DNA of 64,000 bases from an uncultured Gemmataceae bacterium (GTDB taxonomy: Bacteria > Planctomycetota > Planctomycetia > Gemmatales > Gemmataceae): contig CAVVPN010000004.1 in assembly GCA_963750165.1 (NCBI GenBank), positions 96,001 through 160,000 of the forward strand, written 5' to 3'. This document shows positions 20,624 to 30,961 of the stretch, piece by piece. The notes beneath the pieces were generated by a model. It was not told the origin of the DNA and did no database searches. It was given only the letters and a program-made list of their open reading frames with translations. The translations under genes were made by a program, and so were the position numbers. Positions within the stretch are counted from its first letter, which is position 1. Each line of letters begins with the position of its first letter.

Positions 20624-22275
20624 GCACGGCGCAGGCAGAAGCCCGGCACTTCACCCCGCCGCCCCGACCCGAGCCGCCGCGCGAGACATACCTCAACGTC
20701 GCGCACGGCGTGCTCTCCTGGCTGCTCACCAAGGACCACAAGCGCATCGCCATCCTCTACCTGGTCACGTTGACGGTCACGTTCTTCATCGGCGGCGCCT
20801 TCATCACCGTGGTGCGGCTGAACCTGATGACGCCGGACGGCAGCCTGGTCACGGCGGACACATATAACCGACTGTTCACGATGCACGGCGTCATCATGGT
20901 GTGGTTCTTCCTGGTGCCGGTGGTGCCCACCGTCCTGGGCAACTTCATCCTGCCGCTGATGATCGGGGCCAAGGATCTGGCCTTCCCGCGGATCAACCTG
21001 CTTAGCTGGTATCTGTTCACGGCCGGGGCGGCCTACTCCATGATCGCCATGCTCGCCGGCGGCCTGGACACTGGCTGGACGTTCTACACGCCCTACTCGA
21101 CACAGTTCTCCAACTACAACGTCGTCCATGTGCTGATCGGCATCGTCATCTCCGGGTTCTCGTCGATCGTGACGGGGCTGAACTTCATCATCACGATCCA
21201 CCGCATGCGCGCCCCGGGACTGACCTGGTGGCGGCTGCCGATCTTCGTCTGGACGCTGTACGCGACCAGCTTCATCCTCATCTTCGCCACCCCAGTGCTG
21301 GCCATGGCTCTCACTCTGCAAATCGTCGAGCGGCTGTGGGGCATCGGCATCTTCGACCCGGCGCTGGGCGGCGACCCGCTGCTGTTCCAGCATTTGTTCT
21401 GGTTCTACTCGCACCCGGCCGTCTACATCATGATCCTGCCCGGCATGGGGATCATCAGCGAGGTGATCACGTGCTTCTCGCGCAAGAACATCTACGGCTA
21501 CACGATGGTGGCGCTGTCGAGCTTCGGGATCGCCATGGTAGGGTTCCTGGTGTGGTCGCACCACATGTTCGTCGCCGGCATTTCCGTCTACGCGGCCATG
21601 ATCTTCTCGCTGCTCAGCTACTTCGTAGCGGTGCCGTCCGCCATCAAGGTGTTCAACTGGACGGCGACGCTCTACAAGGGTTCGGTGTCGTTCGAGGCGC
21701 CGATGCTGTACGCGCTGGGCTTCATCTGCCTGTTCACGGCGGGCGGGGTGACGGGGCTGTTCCTGGCGTGCCTGGGTATGGACATGCACGTGCATGACAC
21801 CTATTTCGTGGTGGCCCACTTCCACTTCATTATGGTCGGCGGCATGGTCCTGGCCTACATGGCGGGACTGCACTACTGGTGGCCCAAGATCACGGGCCGG
21901 ATGTACAACGATTGGTGGTCGAAACTCGCGGCCATCATCATCTTCGTCGGTTTTTTCCTGACGTTCCTGCCGCAGTACCTGCTCGGCTACGCCGGCATGC
22001 CGCGCCGCTACCACCATTACCCGGCGGAGTACCAGGTGTGGAACGTCATGTCCTCGGCCGGGGCGTCCATCCTGGGCGTCGGCTATGTACTACCACTGTT
22101 CTACCTGCTCGGTTCGCTGGTTTGGGGCAAGAAGGCGGGGCCGAACCCGTGGCACGCGACCGGCCTGGAGTGGCAGACGCCATCGCCGCCGCCGCGCGAC
22201 AACTTCGCCGAAACCCCGACCGTCGTCCGCGGGCCGTACCAATACCATCTGGAGAAGGCGCAAAATGAGCCGTGA
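20620..22275 (+). CDS. ctaD: cytochrome c oxidase subunit I (A2 type)
   Basis: [23 protein letters not shown] (YS motif), WSHHM, AHFH, GMPRR. Confidence 0.97.
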   Translation: MSTAQAEARHFTPPPRPEPPRETYLNVAHGVLSWLLTKDHKRIAILYLVTLTVTFFIGGAFITVVRLNLMTPDGSLVTADTYNRLFTMHGVIMVWFFLVPVVPTVLGNFILPLMIGAKDLAFPRINLLSWYLFTAGAAYSMIAMLAGGLDTGWTFYTPYSTQFSNYNVVHVLIGIVISGFSSIVTGLNFIITIHRMRAPGLTWWRLPIFVWTLYATSFILIFATPVLAMALTLQIVERLWGIGIFDPALGGDPLLFQHLFWFYSHPAVYIMILPGMGIISEVITCFSRKNIYGYTMVALSSFGIAMVGFLVWSHHMFVAGISVYAAMIFSLLSYFVAVPSAIKVFNWTATLYKGSVSFEAPMLYALGFICLFTAGGVTGLFLACLGMDMHVHDTYFVVAHFHFIMVGGMVLAYMAGLHYWWPKITGRMYNDWWSKLAAIIIFVGFFLTFLPQYLLGYAGMPRRYHHYPAEYQVWNVMSSAGASILGVGYVLPLFYLLGSLVWGKKAGPNPWHATGLEWQTPSPPPRDNFAETPTVVRGPYQYHLEKAQNEP

Positions 22276-22993
22276 TCTGAGCGTCCTGACGCCCGAGGAA
22301 CGTGACGAACTGAATCTGACCGTCCTGGTGCGCGACCAACTGGAGGAGCAGTATGCGGACCTTGGCCAGCAGCACGAGACGGCGTCGCTGGGCATGTGGG
22401 TGTTCCTGGCCAGCGAGGTGCTGTTCTTTGGCACGCTGTTCCTGGGCCTGTTGACGTACCGCTACCTGTACGCCGAGGCGTTCGAGGCGGGCAGCGAGAA
22501 GCTCTGCTGGCAGATCGGTGGCGGCAACACCATCGTCCTGCTGGTCAGCAGCCTGACGATGGTGCTCGCCATGCACTACGCCAGGCTCGGCAAGCGCACG
22601 CCGTTGCTCTGGTTCCTGGCGCTGACGGCCCTGCTCGGCCTGACCTTCCTCTGCCTGAAGGGCCTGGAGTATTACATCGACTTTCAGGAGAACCTGGTTC
22701 CGGGCTTCCAGTTCGACGAGTCGGAGTGGACGCGGCAGGGGCTGGAGCCGCACCAGGTACAGCACGTCAAGCTGTTCCTGATCTTTTACTGGGTGATGAC
22801 CGGGCTGCACGCCCTGCACATCACCGGCGGCATCCTCACTCTGGTGGTGCTGTTCGTGCTGGCCCGCAAGAACTACTTCTCGAAGGAGTACTACTCGCCC
22901 GTGGACGTGGCCGCCCTGTACTGGCACTTTGTGGACATGGTGTGGATCTTTTTACTGCCGTCACTGTACCTGCTGGGCACGCACCACCTTTGA
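22265..22993 (+). CDS. ctaE: cytochrome c oxidase subunit III
   Basis: [25 protein letters not shown]. Confidence 0.94.
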   Translation: MSRDLSVLTPEERDELNLTVLVRDQLEEQYADLGQQHETASLGMWVFLASEVLFFGTLFLGLLTYRYLYAEAFEAGSEKLCWQIGGGNTIVLLVSSLTMVLAMHYARLGKRTPLLWFLALTALLGLTFLCLKGLEYYIDFQENLVPGFQFDESEWTRQGLEPHQVQHVKLFLIFYWVMTGLHALHITGGILTLVVLFVLARKNYFSKEYYSPVDVAALYWHFVDMVWIFLLPSLYLLGTHHL

Positions 22994-23007
22994 GCGGGAG
23001 GGTTCCC

Positions 23008-23313
23008 GTGGCCGAGAAAATCATCAGCGTCCGGACGTACTCCCTCGTCTGCGGAGCGCTCATTGTGTTGACGGTGGCGACGGTGGCGATCTCGTTCGCG
23101 CCCCTGCTGGGCATCTGGCACCTGCTCATCGGCCTGCTGATCGGTCTGACCAAGGCGGTCCTGGTGGCGGCGTTCTTCATGCACCTGGTGTACGGCAACC
23201 GCCTGACGTGGATCGTCGTCAGCGTGACGGTTTTCTGGCTGGCGATCCTGGTGTCGCTGACGCTGACGGACTATTTCAGCCGCGGCCTGGTGCCATACAT
23301 GCCGGGACACTGA
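23008..23313 (+). CDS. ctaF: cytochrome c oxidase subunit IV
   Basis: GTG start after GGGAGG; three TM; KAVLVAAFFMHL. Confidence 0.9.
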   Translation: MAEKIISVRTYSLVCGALIVLTVATVAISFAPLLGIWHLLIGLLIGLTKAVLVAAFFMHLVYGNRLTWIVVSVTVFWLAILVSLTLTDYFSRGLVPYMPGH

Positions 23314-23329
23314 TTCGGAGGGGTGGCCC

Positions 23330-23737
23330 ATGGCCCGACTCGTTGGCGACCAGGTGAAATCCAGGTGGGTCATCCTGAGGTGGCTGGCTCACGCCGACAC
23401 GCCACTCCCTGGCCTGGGCATGGCGTCGGTGTGCCTTGGTCTGATCGGGCTGCTGCTCTTCTTCCTGCCCATCCTCGGCATGCCAGTCAGCCTGTGTGGC
23501 TTCGTGGCGGGGGTCGTTGGGCTGGTCGTGGCCCTGTTTACCGGCGGTCCGTCGCTGCGCTGGAGCCTGGGCGGCATCGTCGTCTCGGCCGCGGCCTTCG
23601 GCGTCGGCCTCGTCATGTACGCCACACCGGAGGGCTACGTGCCCGCCTCGTCGAAGTCCCAGCCCTGGCGGACGCCGAACGACCGGCCGTTCGTGGCGCC
23701 GCCGGCGGTCAACTCCCACGCCGCCGCGCAATGGTGA
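23330..23737 (+). CDS. small membrane protein ending the ACIII-oxidase operon
   Basis: GGAGG RBS; three hydrophobic segments; 16 nt after ctaF. Confidence 0.6.
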   Translation: MARLVGDQVKSRWVILRWLAHADTPLPGLGMASVCLGLIGLLLFFLPILGMPVSLCGFVAGVVGLVVALFTGGPSLRWSLGGIVVSAAAFGVGLVMYATPEGYVPASSKSQPWRTPNDRPFVAPPAVNSHAAAQW

Positions 23738-23952
23738 GTCTGTTTCGGTCACATCGATGAATGGCACGTAGATCTCCGCACGGATCGATATGAAAATGAG
23801 ATAGGCAAAAGGGGACTCCGCTGCGAGGATGGAGTTTGCCAACAGACGCATTCCCGGCAAGGAGGCTCCGAGGATGCCATGTGATCGAAAAAGTTCTTGT
23901 CGTCTCAAGCAGGTGCCAACCGCTCGGATACGCTTTTATTGCAGATTGCGAA

Positions 23953-24022
23953 TGGGTGTAGCGGAAGTCGCCAGACTTCCGAGCAGCACCGGACGGAAGT
24001 CTGGCGACTTCCGCTACACCCA
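23953..24022. repeat. REP-like perfect 29-bp inverted repeat
   Basis: TGGGTGTAGCGGAAGTCGCCAGACTTCCG - 12 nt - exact reverse complement; each arm is GTAG plus a small hairpin. Confidence 0.9.
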
Positions 24023-24167
24023 ACTGCGAACCGCTTTAGTTGTGTGGCGGTGAAACGCTTGATTGAGAGAGAAACTCCTTGTTCTGCTAATGGTCTATCC
24101 CGAACGGACTCTTCGTGGTACACTCCTGTAAGGAAGGGAGCACCCCGTTCAACAAGGATGTGCGATC

Positions 24168-25682
24168 ATGAAGCGTCATGTGCTCCTCACCGGCTCCACC
24201 GGGTTTCTCGGCCGCTATCTTCTGGGAGAACTGCTCCGCTGCGACACCCCGGTTGCGGTTCTGGTACGTGACGGCTCCGGCCAACCCGCCCGGGATCGGT
24301 TAGCCGCCATCCTCGAAGACTGCCATCGGAGATACGGCCGACGCTTCCCCCCTCCCGTCCTCCTGTGCGGCAAACTCGTCCCCGAAGCAGTCGGCCTGGA
24401 CGCCACGGATCGGCAGTGGTTGGGCCGGCACATCAGGGCCGTCCTGCACGCGGCCGCCAGCGTTGCCTTTCGGTCCAACTCCGAAGGCGAACCACGGCGG
24501 ACCAACGTCGAGGCGACACAAGCCCTGCTCTGCCTGGCGGAATCCCTGGGCATTCGCGAATGGCACCAGGTCTCCACCGCCTTTGTTTGTGGGTGCCGCG
24601 GCGGCGTGATCCGTGAGGATGACCTGGGGTGCGGTCAGCAATTCCACAACGCTTATGAGCAGAGCAAACACGACGCCGAGGTGCTGCTCCGCCGTGCGCC
24701 CGGCGTATGCGTCACGGTGTATCGCCCGTCCGTGATCGTCGGCGACCACCACAGCGGGGCCACCAGCAGTTACGAGGGTTTTTACCGCTTCCTCGCCCTG
24801 GCCGCGCGACTGGCCGGGCCGCAGGCTGCTCAGGGAACCCGCCGGCCGTTGTCGTTGCGCCTGCCCGTCACGGGGGACGAACCGTGCGACCTGGTGCCAG
24901 TGGACTGGGTGGCCCGCGCTATCGCGGAACTGCTGAGGGACTGCCGCCACCACGGCCGCACCTTCCACCTGGTGGCGCGGCCCCCCACGCCGGGTCGCCT
25001 TGTGCAGGAAACCGCCGTCGAGGAACTGGGTCTGGAAGGGGTGAGCCTGGTCGGGCCCGGGGGGGTAACCGGCCCGAGCCGACTGGAAGAGATGTTCCTG
25101 GACGGAATGGGCGAGTATTGGCCCTACCTGACCGGCTCCGCCCGGTTCTGCGACCGCAACACCGCCGCGGCCCTGCCGCACCTGCCGCCGCCGCCGGTGG
25201 ACCGCCCCGCCCTCCAGCGCCTGATCCGCTTCGCCGTGGCCGACCACTGGGGCCGCCGGGGGCCGACTGCCGAACCTTGCTCCACGTCGTTTTGCACACG
25301 TTACCTCGAACAGACCTTCCCCGAGCTGGCCCGTCATTCACCGCTGGCCCGGGCGGTTGGCCTGGAGGTGGCGGTCGGCTTCGACGTGCGTGGCCCGGGC
25401 GGCGGCCGGTGGTCCTGTCGCTGGGAGGGCGGCGAGTTCCGCGGGGTGAGCCGTGGCCTGGGCCCCAATGCGGCAGCGGTCTACCACACGGACCCGGCGA
25501 CCTTCGAGGCCGTGGCCAGCGGCCGCTGTGCCGCCCAGCAGGCGTTCTTCGAGCGGCGTATCGAGGTCACCGGGGACCTGGAAACCGCCCTCAAGCTGGT
25601 AGTACTCTTCGAGCAATTTCTCCGTGAAACCGGAAACCCCGTCGCCCCCCCTGAGGAGGCGGTGCGTGCCACCTACGCTTGA
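24168..25682 (+). CDS. extended SDR (thioester / fatty acyl-CoA reductase-like) fused to C-terminal SCP2-like lipid-binding domain
   Basis: LLTGSTGFLG, HAAA, VSTAFVCG, YEQSK (YxxxK), YRPSVIVG, VPVDWVA; C-terminal AFFERRIEVTGDLETALKL. Confidence 0.82.
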   Translation: MKRHVLLTGSTGFLGRYLLGELLRCDTPVAVLVRDGSGQPARDRLAAILEDCHRRYGRRFPPPVLLCGKLVPEAVGLDATDRQWLGRHIRAVLHAAASVAFRSNSEGEPRRTNVEATQALLCLAESLGIREWHQVSTAFVCGCRGGVIREDDLGCGQQFHNAYEQSKHDAEVLLRRAPGVCVTVYRPSVIVGDHHSGATSSYEGFYRFLALAARLAGPQAAQGTRRPLSLRLPVTGDEPCDLVPVDWVARAIAELLRDCRHHGRTFHLVARPPTPGRLVQETAVEELGLEGVSLVGPGGVTGPSRLEEMFLDGMGEYWPYLTGSARFCDRNTAAALPHLPPPPVDRPALQRLIRFAVADHWGRRGPTAEPCSTSFCTRYLEQTFPELARHSPLARAVGLEVAVGFDVRGPGGGRWSCRWEGGEFRGVSRGLGPNAAAVYHTDPATFEAVASGRCAAQQAFFERRIEVTGDLETALKLVVLFEQFLRETGNPVAPPEEAVRATYA

Positions 25683-26376
25683 CCTGATCCCGGTCGTGGA
25701 AGACCTCTTGTTCTCGTCCGGGCCGAATCGACTGCACGGCCGGCTGGCCTACCCCGAGGACGGACCTGTCTGCGGCGCCGCGGTGCTGGCCGGTCCCCAC
25801 CCGTTGCTGGGCGGCCACATGGACAACAACGTGGTGCGTGCCCTGGCGGAAGGGCTGGCTTGCCGTGGCCTGGCCACCCTCCGGTTCGACTACCACGGGG
25901 TCGGACGCAGCGAAGGGCCACCGGCGGACCTGACGCGGCACCTGGCCGCGTTCTGGCGGACCGGGCACGCGCCCGACGAACTGGGTATGGCCCGGGAGGT
26001 GGAGGCCGCCGCGGCGCAACTGCGGCAGGCCACCGGACCCAGGCCGCCACTCGCCTTGATCGGCTACAGTTTCGGCTGCGCCCTGCTGCCCCACACCCAC
26101 CTGCCCGGCACCGAGTCTCGGCCCCCGCTGATCCTCATCGCCCCAACCACGGCCCGCCACGACTACTCCCCGTACCAGTCCCTGGAGAACCCCATGCTGG
26201 TGATCGCTTCCGCCGGCGACTTCGCCTCGGACGCCGGCCGACTCCGACACTGGTTCGGTGGCCGTCCGGCCCCGAGCCGACTCATCGAGCAGCCCCTGGA
26301 CAACCATTTCTTCCGCGGCCACGAGGCGTGGCTGGTCGAGACGGTGTCCGAGTATCTCAACGGCCTGTGGGGGTGA
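25666..26376 (+). CDS. alpha/beta hydrolase
   Basis: PHPLLGGHMDN, LRFDYHGVGRSEG, GYSFG nucleophile elbow, downstream Asp (GDF) and His (NHFF); GTG after GAGGAGG. Confidence 0.85.
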   Translation: MPPTLDLIPVVEDLLFSSGPNRLHGRLAYPEDGPVCGAAVLAGPHPLLGGHMDNNVVRALAEGLACRGLATLRFDYHGVGRSEGPPADLTRHLAAFWRTGHAPDELGMAREVEAAAAQLRQATGPRPPLALIGYSFGCALLPHTHLPGTESRPPLILIAPTTARHDYSPYQSLENPMLVIASAGDFASDAGRLRHWFGGRPAPSRLIEQPLDNHFFRGHEAWLVETVSEYLNGLWG

Positions 26377-26380
26377 TTCC

Positions 26381-27484
26381 ATGCCAACACAGATTGAGCC
26401 GCCCGGAACGCTCCCCGACACCCGTCTGCGGGAGCTGCTGGGCCTGCACTTCCACCCGGAACTGGGCAGCAGTTACTGGCTGGACCGTCAGGATCGTCTC
26501 GGCTGGGACATCCGCGACCGCGTGCGCACGCTGGAGGACCTGTGGCTGCTCGGACCGACGCCGCCCGGGGACCTGCGCCGATACCCGGTCAGCGCCTTCA
26601 TCCCGCGCGGCCTCCACGCTCAGCGTTTCCGCTTCATCGTCGGCGAGACCGCCGGCACCAGCGGCGGGCCATGTGGGACGGCGTACCGGGACGACGAGTT
26701 CCAGGCCGCCTTCATCGACCCGTTCCTGCGTGTGGCCGCCGCCACCGGCTTCCCGCGCGGCGAACCGTGGCTGTGGGTCGGCCCGTCCGGCCCGCACATC
26801 ATCGGCAAGGTGGTGCGCAAGTTGGCCCGACAGACGGGCAGCATGGACCCGTTCAGCGTGGACTTCGACCCGCGCTGGGCCAGGCGGCTGGCCGAGGGCA
26901 GCGTGGCCCGGCAGCGCTACCTCGACCACGTCACCGACCAGGCATTGGACGTTTTCCGCCGTGAGGAGGTCGGCGTGCTGTTCATCACGCCGCCGGCACT
27001 GAGTGCCCTGGCCGCGCGGCTCACGGACCGGGAGCGCGAGGCGATTCACGGTGTCCACTACGGCGGCATGAGTCTGGCCCCCGAGGCGGTCAATCGCTTC
27101 CGCGCGCAGTTTCCGAACGCCGTCCATCTGGCCGGTTACGGCAACACCCTGTTCGGGGTGGTCATGGAGGTGGCGGACGTGACCCGCACCGCCCTCGACT
27201 ACTTCCCCCTGAGCGACCGCCTGAGCTTTCACGTCGTCGAGTGGTCCGAGTCCGCGACCAGGACCCCGTGGCCGCCGCGGCCGTGTCGGCGCGGGGAGAC
27301 GGGCCGCGTGGTGTTCCATCGCCTGGATGAGAGTTGCCTGCTGGCGGGCGTGCCGGAGCGCGACCAGGCCGAGCGGATCAGTCCGAGTGCCGCGGCCCGT
27401 GCCCTCGGCGGCGCGGCCGAGGGCCTGCGCAACCCTCAGCCCCCCGCCCACCTGGCCGGTCGCTTGCAGACCGGGATTTACTGA
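26381..27484 (+). CDS. EhpF/PaaK-like adenylate-forming enzyme (short ANL-superfamily member)
   Basis: HFHPELGSSYW, ETAGTSGGP P-loop-like motif, GPSGPH, DFDPRW, GYGNTLFG, ERD. Confidence 0.65.
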   Translation: MPTQIEPPGTLPDTRLRELLGLHFHPELGSSYWLDRQDRLGWDIRDRVRTLEDLWLLGPTPPGDLRRYPVSAFIPRGLHAQRFRFIVGETAGTSGGPCGTAYRDDEFQAAFIDPFLRVAAATGFPRGEPWLWVGPSGPHIIGKVVRKLARQTGSMDPFSVDFDPRWARRLAEGSVARQRYLDHVTDQALDVFRREEVGVLFITPPALSALAARLTDREREAIHGVHYGGMSLAPEAVNRFRAQFPNAVHLAGYGNTLFGVVMEVADVTRTALDYFPLSDRLSFHVVEWSESATRTPWPPRPCRRGETGRVVFHRLDESCLLAGVPERDQAERISPSAAARALGGAAEGLRNPQPPAHLAGRLQTGIY

Positions 27485-27511
27485 GCGCCCGCCACGGTCA
27501 AGGAGGATGGC

Positions 27512-28408
27512 ATGCCGCACACGAGGCCGCTGAACGTCGCCTACACCCCGGACAGTGACGACGCCTTCTACTACGACGCTCTGGAGTCGGGACGGGTGAC
27601 CCTGCCCGGTTATCGACTGTGCTTCCACCGCGCGCCCATGTCGGTGCTCAACCGCGCCGCCCTCCGCGGCCGGTACGAGGTGACGGCCATCTCCTCGGTT
27701 GTCTACCCGCAGATCGCCGAGCGCTACAGCATCCTGAGTGTCGGAACCAGTGTCGGCCGCGGCTACGGCCCTGTCCTGGTGGCCCGGGAGGCTGTGCCCC
27801 TGCCGGACCTGGCCGGCCGCCGAGTCGGGGTGGGCGGCATCCCGACCACGGGCTGGTTCCTGCTGCGCGTGCTGTGCCCGGACGCGGTCGCCGTGGAACT
27901 GCCCTTCGACGAGATCGCCGACGCCGTCGCGGCCGGCGAACTGGACGCCGGCGTGATGATCCACGAGGAGTTGCTGTATTACCCGAAGCTCGGTCTGCAG
28001 CGCGTCGCGTGCCTGGGGGCGGAGTGGTGCCGGCAACACGGACTGCCGCTGCCGGTCGGTCTGAACGTCATCCGCCGCGACCTCGGCGCGGGCCCGATGC
28101 AGCGCGTCGCCGCCGCCCTTCGCCGCAGCCTGCGGCACGGCCTGGATCACGCCCGGGACACCCTCGGCCGCGTCAACCGCTTCGGCCGCGGCCCGGTGGG
28201 CGGTGTCACGGAGCAGTTCGTGTCGATGTTCGCCAACGAGGACTCGGTGTGCATGCCGGCCGACGTGCGCAACGCCCTGCGGGTGCTGTTCAACCAGGTC
28301 GTGGACCAGGGCCTCGCCGCGACCGTGCCGCCCATCGACATCATTGAGGGCATCACCCCGGCCGTTCCCTGCGACGCGACCGTAGTCAGCCACGGGAGGG
28401 CTTCGTGA
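27512..28408 (+). CDS. MqnD-like (MqnA/MqnD substrate-binding-fold) protein
   Basis: TPDSDDAF, LN..A, AIS, SVGRGYGP, FDEI..AV..G..DAG..IHE, W...GLPLP.G. Confidence 0.78.
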   Translation: MPHTRPLNVAYTPDSDDAFYYDALESGRVTLPGYRLCFHRAPMSVLNRAALRGRYEVTAISSVVYPQIAERYSILSVGTSVGRGYGPVLVAREAVPLPDLAGRRVGVGGIPTTGWFLLRVLCPDAVAVELPFDEIADAVAAGELDAGVMIHEELLYYPKLGLQRVACLGAEWCRQHGLPLPVGLNVIRRDLGAGPMQRVAAALRRSLRHGLDHARDTLGRVNRFGRGPVGGVTEQFVSMFANEDSVCMPADVRNALRVLFNQVVDQGLAATVPPIDIIEGITPAVPCDATVVSHGRAS

Positions 28409-29640
28409 TGAACCTGGCGCAACAGTTGGTGGCCCGCAAGCGGGAGTACCTCGTCCCCTGTGTGTATCACTTCTACCAGCGGCCGCCGGTGCTCGTGCGC
28501 GGCGAGGGAGCCTATCTCTTCGACGCCGCGGGCCGGCGCTACCTGGATTGTTACAGTGGCGTCAGTGTCGTGAACGCCGGCCACTCGAACCCGGACATCA
28601 TTGAGCCGGCCATCGAGCAGCTGCGACGGCTGCAGCACACGACCACCATTTACCTGACCGAGCCGATGCTGGAGTTGGCCGAGGCCATCGCCGGCCTGGC
28701 CCCTTCCCCCCTCCGCCGGACGTTCTTTTGTGCCAGCGGCAGCGAGGCCAACGAGGGGGCGCTGCTGCTGGCGTCCCTGGCCACGGGCCGCAAGGAGTGT
28801 GTCTACCTCCGGGAGGGGCTGCACGGCCGGACCAAGTGGGCCATGAGCGTCACCGGCCTCGACCTGTGGCGGACGGACCTGAACCCGCTGGTGACGGCCC
28901 ACGGCGTCCCCGGCCCGCGGCACCCCGAGAGTCTGCCGGCGGTGGAGCGACTGCTGAGCCGCGGCACCGTGGCGGCGGTGATCGCCGAGCCGATCCAGGG
29001 CAACGGTGGCATCGTCGTGCCGCCCGAGCACTACTGGCCGGAACTGCGCCGCCTGTGCAGCCGGCATGGCACGCTGCTGATCGCCGACGAGGTGCAGACC
29101 GCCTGGAACCGCACGGGCCGGTGGTTCGCCACCGAACACTGGGGTGTCGTGCCGGACGTGGTGACGGTGGCCAAGGCCCTGGGTAACGGCTTCCCCATCG
29201 CGGCCTACCTGACCAGTGACGCCGTCGCCGCTCACTATACCCGTCCCGGGGCCGCCACCTTCGGCGGCAATCTGGTGTCCTGCCGTGCCGCCCTGGCGAC
29301 TCTGGACTATCACCGGCGTCATGGCCTGGGAGAGCGGAGCCGTGCCCTGGGTGCTCGGCTGTGCGAGTGCCTGCGAACGCTGCAGAACCGCGTACCTGAG
29401 ATTCATGAGATCCGGGGCCTGGGTTTGATGGTCGGCGTGGAACTGCGGGACAGCTCCGGCGCCCCCGCGGCTGACCTGCTCGACCGCGTGCTTGAGGCCC
29501 TGAAGGATGCCGGGTTCCTGGCGGGCAAGACGGGGCCTGGCCGCAACGTGCTCACCCTCATGCCGCCCCTGGTGGTGGAGGAGGTGGCCGTGGACGAGTT
29601 GGCTGATGAGGTGGGTCGCGTCCTGGCGGCACTCCGATAA
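28405..29640 (+). CDS. class III PLP aminotransferase
   Basis: YLDCYSG...GH, SGSEANE, HGRT, AEPIQG.GG, ADEVQT, AKALGNG (PLP Lys), TFGGN. Confidence 0.93.
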   Translation: MMNLAQQLVARKREYLVPCVYHFYQRPPVLVRGEGAYLFDAAGRRYLDCYSGVSVVNAGHSNPDIIEPAIEQLRRLQHTTTIYLTEPMLELAEAIAGLAPSPLRRTFFCASGSEANEGALLLASLATGRKECVYLREGLHGRTKWAMSVTGLDLWRTDLNPLVTAHGVPGPRHPESLPAVERLLSRGTVAAVIAEPIQGNGGIVVPPEHYWPELRRLCSRHGTLLIADEVQTAWNRTGRWFATEHWGVVPDVVTVAKALGNGFPIAAYLTSDAVAAHYTRPGAATFGGNLVSCRAALATLDYHRRHGLGERSRALGARLCECLRTLQNRVPEIHEIRGLGLMVGVELRDSSGAPAADLLDRVLEALKDAGFLAGKTGPGRNVLTLMPPLVVEEVAVDELADEVGRVLAALR

Positions 29641-29799
29641 CTGCCAGTCTTGACTGAATCCCCGACTCCGCCACGGCGACCCGCCCCGCCGTGGCGGAAT
29701 TCGGGGTTGACGCCATCCCGGATCCAGGCTATTCCCCCTTCACCAAAGTCAATAGCCCGGTTCGCTCCTCGCCACACTCCTCGCCGGGAGGCGATGATC

Positions 29800-30924
29800 A
29801 TGAATAGTCAGGGGGCGCGCCGCTGTCGGCGTCTCGTCACCGGGATGGTGCTGGGGTTGGGACTGCTGGTCTGTGGCTGCAAGGCCATCACGGAGCACTT
29901 CTCGCAACGGCTGACGCACTGGAAAATGCTGGGGGACGACGCTCTGGAAGACCCCGTCAAGGCGGTCGGCGGCGACGCCCTGGTGTTCGTGCCCCGGGAA
30001 TTGGACCGGCCCCTGAGTCGCCAGCAACTCCGGACGGCACCCCCGGAAACACTGGTCAGCTACTACTCCCCCGTCTTCGTGCAACAGCGCATCGACACCC
30101 GCGCCCAGCGCTTCCCGTACCCCCCGGAGTACGACACCATCGGCGAGGCCCGGTTGAAGCGCGAGCCCGACGGCAAGCTCAAGTCCTACGTGACCGGGCA
30201 GCCGAAGGTCTACGCCATCTGCAAGCAGACGCTCATTGAGGGGCGGCCGCACTTCCAGCTGACCTACACGGCCTGGTATCCCGCCCACCCGCGCATGAAG
30301 ACGCTTGACGTGGAGGAGGCGGACATCGACAGCTGCGTCCTGCGCGTCACCCTGGACACCGACAACGCGCCGCTGTTCTACGAGACCATCGCGGCCTGCG
30401 GCTGCTTCCACAAGGTCTTCCTCCCGCGCCGCCTTGAGATGGGCGCCCGGGAGGCGTACGGCACCCCGCAGCAGGGCAAGAAATACTGTGCCGAGCGCGT
30501 CGTCGAGAACGCGGTGGACTGGGAGGTGGCGGGCCTGGTGGACGAACCGCCGGACCAGCCGCGCCGGCCCGTGGTCTTCCTGAAGGCGGGCGACCACAAG
30601 GTTATCGGCATGGGCAGCACCGCCCGACTGCGCATGCCAGCCGAGAAGTACAGCACCCCTTATGAAATGACCTCCTACGCCGACCTGTACGCCGTGGCCA
30701 TCGACGGCACTCAGGAGACGGCCGCGTTCTTCGACATGGACGCGGGCGGCAAGGTGCGCGGCGGCGAGCGCAAGCGGGAACGGTTCCTGATGTCGTTCAT
30801 CGGCGTGGAAGACGCCGGCCGGCCGCGCGCCGACGACCAGATCAAATTGCACTTCGACCAGAGTACCTGGAACGACCCGACCGCCTACGGCAAATTCCTT
30901 CGTCTCGCGCCCGGGGCCCTGTGA
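29800..30924 (+). CDS. putative lipoprotein of unknown function
   Basis: GGGAGG RBS, basic N-terminus plus hydrophobic stretch ending LVCGC; internal CGCFH motif. Confidence 0.72.
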   Translation: MNSQGARRCRRLVTGMVLGLGLLVCGCKAITEHFSQRLTHWKMLGDDALEDPVKAVGGDALVFVPRELDRPLSRQQLRTAPPETLVSYYSPVFVQQRIDTRAQRFPYPPEYDTIGEARLKREPDGKLKSYVTGQPKVYAICKQTLIEGRPHFQLTYTAWYPAHPRMKTLDVEEADIDSCVLRVTLDTDNAPLFYETIAACGCFHKVFLPRRLEMGAREAYGTPQQGKKYCAERVVENAVDWEVAGLVDEPPDQPRRPVVFLKAGDHKVIGMGSTARLRMPAEKYSTPYEMTSYADLYAVAIDGTQETAAFFDMDAGGKVRGGERKRERFLMSFIGVEDAGRPRADDQIKLHFDQSTWNDPTAYGKFLRLAPGAL

Positions 30925-30961
30925 CCTCGAAAAGAAACTCCCCGCCGTCAGGAGGTCGCCA

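Noticed and set aside
24168..29640. Phenazine biosynthesis cluster, because of the EhpF-like gene
   Set aside because: No phzA/B, D, E, F or G core genes in the window.
30390..30415. CGCFH as a haem c attachment site
   Set aside because: Spacing is CxCxH, not CxxCH.
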